From a virus, in the IMG/VR virus record IMGVR_UViG_3300045988_090680: DNA of 28,142 nucleotides; one strand, given 5' to 3'. Shown in pieces: positions 23,962 to 28,142 of this stretch (position 1 is the first letter of the stretch; every line of letters starts with the position of its first letter). The translations under genes and the position numbers were made by a program. Below the pieces are notes generated by a model. The model had not been told where the DNA came from. It searched no databases and saw nothing but the letters and a program-made list of their open reading frames with translations.

Positions 23962-25468
23962 TTTTTATATCCTCCAAAAATTCAGCGTATTGCTTTTCAA
24001 ATTTCTTGATTTCATCCGGCTTTTTAAATCCGCTGTCACGCTCATTTTTGTAACCGTGGCACTGCATTATTTCCAATGTTTCGGGATTTACTTCAATCGT
24101 AAAAAACGGGATTTTCGGTTTATCTTTATGACGAATGAAAAGTATTATCGTGTCACCTCTTGCGTGCCGTCTTACATATCCGCCGACGCAATGCTGTAAT
24201 ATTCTGCCCTCTGCTATTATTTCTTCACCGCTTTTTGGGGCAAGCATTATAAGGCTGTCTGTGCTCATCAGCAACGGAGAAAGTGTCTTTGCCATTTTTG
24301 CAATCTGCTCCGTTTCTTCTTTGTTTGCATAGAAAGCAACCTTTTCAAGCATTCTGTCGTGAGCCTCTTCAAGATGAGCCGGCATTATTTCTTCGATACC
24401 CTCGGGAAGTTTTTGGCAGTTATCAAGATAATCCTTCCACAGCATTACTCTCCGATTGTTTTTGCCGTACTTCAGAATCTGTCTGTATGTAAGGTCATTT
24501 TTGTGAAGTTCATCTACAGCATAAGTACCGAGCTTTGACAGCTTGCTTATGAACTCGCTTGCCATATGAATGGTCGGTTCTTCCTTTATCACACTGCGGT
24601 AAAGTTCAATTGCACTTGAATCATAATCTGCGAAAAAGTGCATATCCTCCTTACGACATCCGAGCATTTTAAGCAGATTGGTTTCTTTCCAATGAATTTT
24701 ATTGAGTGAAAGTTTGCCGTCAATCAAAAGCTCTGCAATATGCTCAAAACCGCCTTTAATCAGGTATTCTGCATTATTGTGCCTTACATATATGTTCAGC
24801 CATTTGAGAATCCCTTGAACCGTATATCTGTTTGAAAGCTCATCCACACACGAATATCTAAGATCCGTATCGGTTATTACATCGAGATTTAAAAGTACGG
24901 TTGAACCCCAGCCTGAATACAAGGTTTTTTCTGACGGACCCCAATACCACGCAAAACCTTGTGATGTAGAGGGGATAACTCCGTCTGTTTTCAGCGGATA
25001 AAATGATTTACCGTACCAGTTATATGCAAATCTTTGCATTGCGTGCTGTTCATATACATAAAGATATTCATCCGAAAAAGTATATCGGGGCATCATTTCG
25101 ACAGGATTTTCGTTGTAAATATCTTCCGAAAATCTCTGATAAACCGTTACAAATCTGATGTACAGTCTGCCGTCAACAGCAAAGCAAAAACCAAACTTGC
25201 GACTTCTTTCAAGTTTTTTTCTGCCGTAGTGCAGGGCTTTTGCTTTTACGCTTTCCTTGCAATGACCGCAGACAAATTCCTGATTGTGACAAAATCGGCG
25301 CTGTTCGCCGATATGCCAGCTTTGACAGCTTGTGCAGAAATAGTCGCAGGTTCTTTTGCTTTTATTTTCATAAAAGGCATATTGTGGAAAATACGGCACT
25401 ATTTGCTCTTCGTTTTCACTTGTAATATCAGGAATATTCTCGAGCAGATATTCAGGATTTTTAATCAT
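23930..25468 (-). CDS. PcfJ-like domain protein with N-terminal Cys-cluster extension
   Basis: The C-terminus EGRILQHCVGGYVRRHARGDTIILFIRHKDKPKIPFFTIEV is the recognisable PcfJ core. The N-terminus has CDYFCTSC...FCH...CGHC. ATG at 25468 follows AGGTG; an alternative TTG lies at 25483. Confidence 0.7.
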   Translation of the reverse strand: MIKNPEYLLENIPDITSENEEQIVPYFPQYAFYENKSKRTCDYFCTSCQSWHIGEQRRFCHNQEFVCGHCKESVKAKALHYGRKKLERSRKFGFCFAVDGRLYIRFVTVYQRFSEDIYNENPVEMMPRYTFSDEYLYVYEQHAMQRFAYNWYGKSFYPLKTDGVIPSTSQGFAWYWGPSEKTLYSGWGSTVLLNLDVITDTDLRYSCVDELSNRYTVQGILKWLNIYVRHNNAEYLIKGGFEHIAELLIDGKLSLNKIHWKETNLLKMLGCRKEDMHFFADYDSSAIELYRSVIKEEPTIHMASEFISKLSKLGTYAVDELHKNDLTYRQILKYGKNNRRVMLWKDYLDNCQKLPEGIEEIMPAHLEEAHDRMLEKVAFYANKEETEQIAKMAKTLSPLLMSTDSLIMLAPKSGEEIIAEGRILQHCVGGYVRRHARGDTIILFIRHKDKPKIPFFTIEVNPETLEIMQCHGYKNERDSGFKKPDEIKKFEKQYAEFLEDIKNVRNNSKRTA

Positions 25469-25476
25469 ACCGACAC

Positions 25477-25917
25477 CTACCAATCTATAAGATTGCCGAG
25501 ATCAAGAGTTACCGGATCCGTTTTCTGCTCTGCAACATTAGGTTCTTCAAGTTCGTATTCAGACATATGTATCTGCATTGTGAAAGTAACCTTTGCTCCG
25601 GGGAAAATCTTACCGACTATCTGCTGAAACACATCAAGGTCGGAAACTGCAGCGGGAAGTTTCTTTCCCACTTCGTCAATCAGGTTTTCAAGGTTTTTTG
25701 CAGCCGTAACGGCTCTTGCAAATTCCTCGTTCTGCGCCGAAAATTCGCAGAGCATTTTCTTTACCGGCTCAAGAATTGCTTTAGATTTATGGTCTTTAAG
25801 ATTTTTTTTGTTGCACAACTTGATTTTTTCTGTTGCAGAGGATATAATTGAATTAGGTTTATTGTTCTTTGTGCTTGTGGCATTCACAGTGTCGCAGGCA
25901 CTTTTTTTATTGCTCAT
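25477..25917 (-). CDS. Possible PcfK-like protein
   Basis: 146 aa from the ATG at 25917 (ATGA overlap with the upstream stop). ...ILEPVKKMLCEFSAQNEEFARAVTAAKNLENLIDEV... resembles the PcfK-like helical pattern, and it sits directly upstream of the PcfJ-like gene as on pCF10-type plasmids. The similarity was judged by eye only. Confidence 0.4.
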   Translation of the reverse strand: MSNKKSACDTVNATSTKNNKPNSIISSATEKIKLCNKKNLKDHKSKAILEPVKKMLCEFSAQNEEFARAVTAAKNLENLIDEVGKKLPAAVSDLDVFQQIVGKIFPGAKVTFTMQIHMSEYELEEPNVAEQKTDPVTLDLGNLIDW

Positions 25918-26192
25918 TTCTTCACCCCCACACATTCAAAACCGAAGGATTCGGATTCAGGCGTTTCAAGGACTTTGAGCTTGCGGGCAAGTTCTGCGTT
26001 TTTCGCTCTTTCGGCAACATATAAGGCTGTCACCTTGTTAAGCTTTGCTTTTGTTTTTTCAAGATGGCTGTTCGCAATGTCACGCTCCTGCTCGGTGCTT
26101 GCAAGACTTTTTTGCGTGTATTTAAGCTGGTCTTTGCTGTCACGGTACTTTTTTCTAAGTGACCTTTTTGTTTCTAAATCTTTAAATGCCAT
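25914..26192 (-). CDS. Hypothetical coiled-coil protein
   Basis: 92 aa and highly charged (K/E/R), in an early-operon context. Confidence 0.6.
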   Translation of the reverse strand: MAFKDLETKRSLRKKYRDSKDQLKYTQKSLASTEQERDIANSHLEKTKAKLNKVTALYVAERAKNAELARKLKVLETPESESFGFECVGVKK

Positions 26193-26194
26193 TT

Positions 26195-26392
26195 TTAATG
26201 CTCCTTTATGTATTGTCTGATTTCTTCCTTATCAAATCGCCAAAGCTTTCCGATTTTGTGGGCAGGAAGAATGCCCCTTTGTGCAAGCCGTGTTGTGTAA
26301 TCAACATTAAGTGCAAGCAACCGTGCCACATACGGCACATCAATTATCACCGGCACTTCATCCCAATTGATGATAGGTCTTTCTCTCGGCAT
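26195..26392 (-). CDS. Excisionase-family / MerR-like HTH DNA-binding protein
   Basis: 65 aa. ...DVPYVARLLALNVDYTTRLAQRGILPAHKIGKLWRFDKEEIRQYI matches the excisionase-family HTH pattern (HTH followed by G..w.f....l..w). Confidence 0.7.
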   Translation of the reverse strand: MPRERPIINWDEVPVIIDVPYVARLLALNVDYTTRLAQRGILPAHKIGKLWRFDKEEIRQYIKEH

Positions 26393-26403
26393 ATGTACAC
26401 CTC

Positions 26404-26595
26404 CTATTTTTCGTTGGTAATTTTGTCTGAAACGATTTCGACTGATTCAACATCAGCTACGCTGAGTGCCAGTTTGAGCAGTACAACCTCGCTGACCGTT
26501 CGTGTTATCTGATAGCTTGTAACATACGGAATTTCTGTTCCGTCAATTTCAAGAAGGAACTTGTCCTTTGTGTCAATAAGTTTAAGTTTTGCCAT
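26404..26595 (-). CDS. Hypothetical small protein
   Basis: 63-aa ORF with AGGTGA 3-4 nt upstream of the ATG at 26595. It is the first minus-strand gene after the + strand island. Confidence 0.55.
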   Translation of the reverse strand: MAKLKLIDTKDKFLLEIDGTEIPYVTSYQITRTVSEVVLLKLALSVADVESVEIVSDKITNEK

Positions 26596-26621
26596 TTTCT
26601 CACCTGCTTTTCGATATTTTA

Positions 26622-26650
26622 TTGCTTTACACGACCTTAAATGTTATGAT
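26622..26650 (+). promoter_or_regulatory. Putative sigma-A promoter of the + strand membrane-protein gene
   Basis: TTGCTT (26622-26627), 17-nt spacer, TATGAT (26645-26650). AGGAGG at 26661-26666 lies 7 nt before the ATG at 26674. Confidence 0.4.
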
Positions 26651-26673
26651 TAACTATGAAAGGAGGCATAAAT

Positions 26674-27192
26674 ATGAATGATATTTTATCGTGGTTGACT
26701 TTAATAATATCCGCAGTGTCAACCTTATGCACTTTGGTTCTGTCTTGGATATTATTTAAAAAGGAACAGAACAAAACCTATCTGAAAGAACGATATGAAT
26801 TAGTGATTTTCCCCATATTCAACCTGCTTGAAGAACATTTGTACAAAAAGGAAATTACTTTTGAAATTAAACAAGCCGTTGAAAAATGCGAAGATATTAT
26901 TGCCGATAATAAACTTATCGCAGGCGGAAAACTCAGCTATGTATTTTCTCTTCCATTAGATAAAATTAACTTTCAAAGCATTTCAAAATTAGTCGACAAA
27001 GAATATGATGATTGTTGTTCTGCTTTAGGAATTCCTTTAAGACCGTTAGATAAAAAGATGTATACGTACAGAACACGAAACATAAAAGTTTTAATATTAG
27101 GAATTACTAAATATTCAATGCCGTTGATTGCGGTTTTCCTATTATCAGTAATTCTAATTGTACTTTTTGAATACTTCTTTCTTAACAGATAA
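26674..27192 (+). CDS. Two-TM membrane protein of unknown function; candidate lysogeny-expressed exclusion/abortive-infection moron
   Basis: 172 aa from the SD-supported ATG at 26674. N-terminal TM (ILSWLTLIISAVSTLCTLVLSWILF), a ~110-aa soluble domain and a C-terminal TM (YSMPLIAVFLLSVILIVLFEYFF). Hand-counted GC is 29-32 per 100 nt versus 40-43 in backbone samples. It is on the opposite strand to the surrounding early operon. Confidence 0.75.
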   Translation: MNDILSWLTLIISAVSTLCTLVLSWILFKKEQNKTYLKERYELVIFPIFNLLEEHLYKKEITFEIKQAVEKCEDIIADNKLIAGGKLSYVFSLPLDKINFQSISKLVDKEYDDCCSALGIPLRPLDKKMYTYRTRNIKVLILGITKYSMPLIAVFLLSVILIVLFEYFFLNR

Positions 27193-27280
27193 CTCCTGCT
27201 TTGATAAGCATTGCTGTAATCAGCAGAAGTAAGATAATTGCGTTGAGGATAAACACTACAAACATTAAAAACTTGTTCAA
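27182..27280 (-). CDS. Possible 32-aa hydrophobic peptide
   Basis: TTG AAC AAG TTT TTA ATG ... TGT TAA translates to (M)NKFLMFVVFILNAIILLLLITAMLIKAGVIC. GGAG lies 8 nt upstream. The TTG overlaps the upstream stop (ATTGA). Too short for the ORF track. Confidence 0.35.
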   Translation of the reverse strand: MNKFLMFVVFILNAIILLLLITAMLIKAGVIC

Positions 27281-27420
27281 TTTTCATTCTCCTTTGCCCA
27301 CTTAATCAGATCCATAATTTGAGCGTCGTGCTTATCAAGGTAGCTGTCTATTGTTTTATACAAATGGGCGGCTACTATTTTTATAGCTAATACTGCTGAA
27401 ACAAAAGCTGTGCAAAGCAT
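27277..27420 (-). CDS. Possible 47-aa N-terminally anchored small membrane protein
   Basis: MLCTAFVSAVLAIKIVAAHLYKTIDSYLDKHDAQIMDLIKWAKENEN. The hydrophobic stretch continues upstream (EVIIILGLL), but no ATG/GTG/TTG lies between the in-frame stop (27459-27457) and 27420. A strong AGGAGG sits at 27460-27465. Confidence 0.35.
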   Translation of the reverse strand: MLCTAFVSAVLAIKIVAAHLYKTIDSYLDKHDAQIMDLIKWAKENEN

Positions 27421-27491
27421 TAGCAGTCCTAAAATTATTATTACTTCCGTCTTTCTTCACCTCCTAAGCTGATTTCTGCTGTTCGGCAAAG

Positions 27492-27725
27492 TTAGTTTCT
27501 GATAGTTTCTATGAAACAAGAAGGATTGTTAGTTCTTCCTAATAAGTAATCGGTTGAACAATTAAAAATATCAGCTAAACTCAAAAGTATATTAATGGGG
27601 ATATTACCTTTTGTTTGCCAATTATAATAACTTTTACGTTCAATTTTCAACTTATTAGCAAGGTCTTCTTGTGTCATATTAGCTCTTGCTCTTTCGGCTT
27701 CAATATTTGGATATAAAAACAGCAC
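27492..27725 (-). CDS. Cro-like XRE-family HTH regulator, first gene of the leftward (lytic) operon
   Basis: ...NIEAERARANMTQEDLANKLKIERKSYYNWQTKGNIPINILLSLADIFNCSTDYLLGR is a classic HTH_3 sequence. AAGGAGGTGA (27740-27731) points to GTG at 27725 (or TTG at 27728). The track start at 27755 lies upstream of the SD. Confidence 0.85.
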   Translation of the reverse strand: MLFLYPNIEAERARANMTQEDLANKLKIERKSYYNWQTKGNIPINILLSLADIFNCSTDYLLGRTNNPSCFIETIRN

Positions 27726-27754
27726 CAATCTCACCTCCTTTATCGTATCAAGCA

Positions 27755-27807
27755 AAATACTCTTATTGCGTATTTACAAGCTAATTATATACGCAATAAG
27801 AGTATTT
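27755..27807. promoter_or_regulatory. Operator pair: 19-bp perfect inverted repeat
   Basis: AAATACTCTTATTGCGTAT (27755-27773) and ATACGCAATAAGAGTATTT (27789-27807), 15-bp spacer. Each copy has an internal dyad ATAC-N9-GTAT. Confidence 0.75.
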
Positions 27808-27812
27808 GTCAA
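27784..27812 (-). promoter_or_regulatory. Consensus sigma-A early promoter (leftward)
   Basis: The minus strand reads TTGACA (27812..27807), a 17-nt spacer and TATAAT (27789..27784). The spacer is filled exactly by one operator copy. Confidence 0.75.
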
Positions 27813-27829
27813 TATCTTTTACAAGTAAA

Positions 27830-27848
27830 TTACGCACAAAGAGTATTG
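27830..27848. promoter_or_regulatory. Third operator copy (15/19 match)
   Basis: TTACGCACAAAGAGTATTG compared with ATACGCAATAAGAGTATTT. It is preceded by the same TTTACAAG.TAATT context (27818-) as the copy at 27789 (27773-). Confidence 0.55.
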
Positions 27849-27896
27849 CAGATTTTTGTGCAATTACACTAATTGAATATTATTTTAATTATTCGC

Positions 27897-27925
27897 TTGA
27901 CATTTTTACTCATTTAGAGTATTGT
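27897..27925 (+). promoter_or_regulatory. Putative rightward (repressor) promoter with overlapping fourth operator-like site
   Basis: TTGACA (27897-27902), 17 nt, TATTGT (27920-27925). TTACTCATTTAGAGTATT (27906-27923) matches the operator in 14/18 positions and again fills the spacer and -10. Confidence 0.5.
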
Positions 27926-27962
27926 ATTTATAGCAAATAAATCGTTTTATTGGAGGGAAAAT

Positions 27963-28095
27963 ATGCTTGGAGAAAAACTTAGAGAACTTAGAACAGAACT
28001 TAATCTTAATATGAAACAAGCTTCCGAAAAATTAGGGATCTCATACACAACTTACGTTGGCTATGAAAAAAATGAAAGGGAACCAAACTCTGAAA
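27963..28095 (+). CDS. cI-like XRE-family HTH repressor, 3'-truncated by the adapter junction
   Basis: GGAGGG SD, then ATG at 27963. MLGEKLRELRTELNLNMKQASEKLGISYTTYVGYEKNEREPNSET..., a classic HTH_3 N-terminus. The ORF runs into the Tn5 mosaic end at 28096. Confidence 0.85.
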
Positions 28096-28142
28096 CTGTC
28101 TCTTATACACATCTCCGAGCCCACGAGACCGAGGCTGATCTC
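28096..28142. other. Synthetic Illumina Nextera (Tn5) adapter, reverse complement of 1-47
   Basis: CTGTCTCTTATACACATCT + CCGAGCCCACGAGAC + CGAGGCTG + ATCTC. Confidence 0.95.

Noticed and set aside
25034-25627. Long + strand shadow ORFs opposite well-supported minus-strand genes. Examples: 25034..25627, 9895..10422, 4632..5129, 1825..2298, 21224..21688, 12699..13115, 14894..15232 and 15112..15528.
   Set aside because: They have no SD sites, they lie antisense to genes with clear family motifs, and their composition is Ser/Leu/Phe/Cys-rich, typical of antisense translation. They are treated as non-coding.
26973-27287. 104-aa minus-strand ORF in the track
   Set aside because: It is almost entirely antisense to the SD-supported, TM-containing + strand ORF 26674-27192. 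Its ATG abuts the GGAG with no spacing, and its sequence is low-complexity and unlike a real protein. The same start region is better explained by the 32-aa TTG-initiated peptide in another frame.
48-28095. Possibility that the insert is a complete circular or terminally redundant phage genome
   Set aside because: The two insert ends share no overlap. Expected genes (integrase, endolysin, C-terminus of the repressor) are missing, and the repressor ORF is visibly cut by the adapter.
1-28142. 47-bp perfect terminal inverted repeats containing Tn5 mosaic ends, which could be read as a composite transposon or IS50-like element, or as phage ITRs
   Set aside because: The repeats contain Illumina primer-site and index sequence in addition to the mosaic end, so they are library adapters. 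No transposase gene or target-site duplication is present.

Overview
The window is one Tn5/Nextera adapter-capped fragment (adapters 1-47 and 28096-28142; genuine insert 48-28095). It comes from a temperate, HK97-like siphovirus-type phage or prophage. The host looks like a low-GC Gram-positive, Clostridia-like organism, judged from strong AGGAGG Shine-Dalgarno sites and the gene families present. About 45 genes are present, all but three on the minus strand, tightly packed with many 4-nt ATGA/TTGA/GTGA start-stop overlaps. Gene order, right to left: (1) Lysogeny switch: a truncated cI-like HTH on the + strand, a four-operator intergenic region with a consensus promoter, and a Cro-like HTH. 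(2) Two tiny membrane peptides, then an AT-rich + strand two-TM gene embedded against the operon. (3) Early genes: an excisionase-family HTH, a PcfK-like/PcfJ-like pair and a DUF3102/ParB-like coiled-coil protein. (4) Replication-recombination module: Gp157, AAA_24 ATPase, SF2 helicase, VRR-NUC, DUF669-type SSB and PrimPol/D5 primase-helicase. (5) A block of Cys-rich unknowns followed by a small acidic protein, a Zn-ribbon protein and a small HTH. (6) Packaging and head: HNH, TerS(P27), TerL, portal, ClpP-like protease and HK97 capsid. (7) Head-tail joining genes, major tail protein, G/GT chaperone with a directly visible -1 frameshift site, tape measure, Dit, Tal and a BppU-like receptor-binding protein. 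(8) A membrane coiled-coil protein and a holin, followed by a bidirectional terminator. (9) An AT-rich + strand gene with an Rx4H (HEPN-like) motif at the left edge. No integrase, endolysin, tRNA, CRISPR array or reverse transcriptase is visible in the window. The best candidates for undescribed biology are the two AT-rich opposite-strand islands (80-577 and 26622-27192), the small acidic protein/Zn-ribbon/HTH trio just upstream of the late operon, and the PcfK/PcfJ-like pair. All functional assignments come from reading motifs and synteny by eye; no database search was run.
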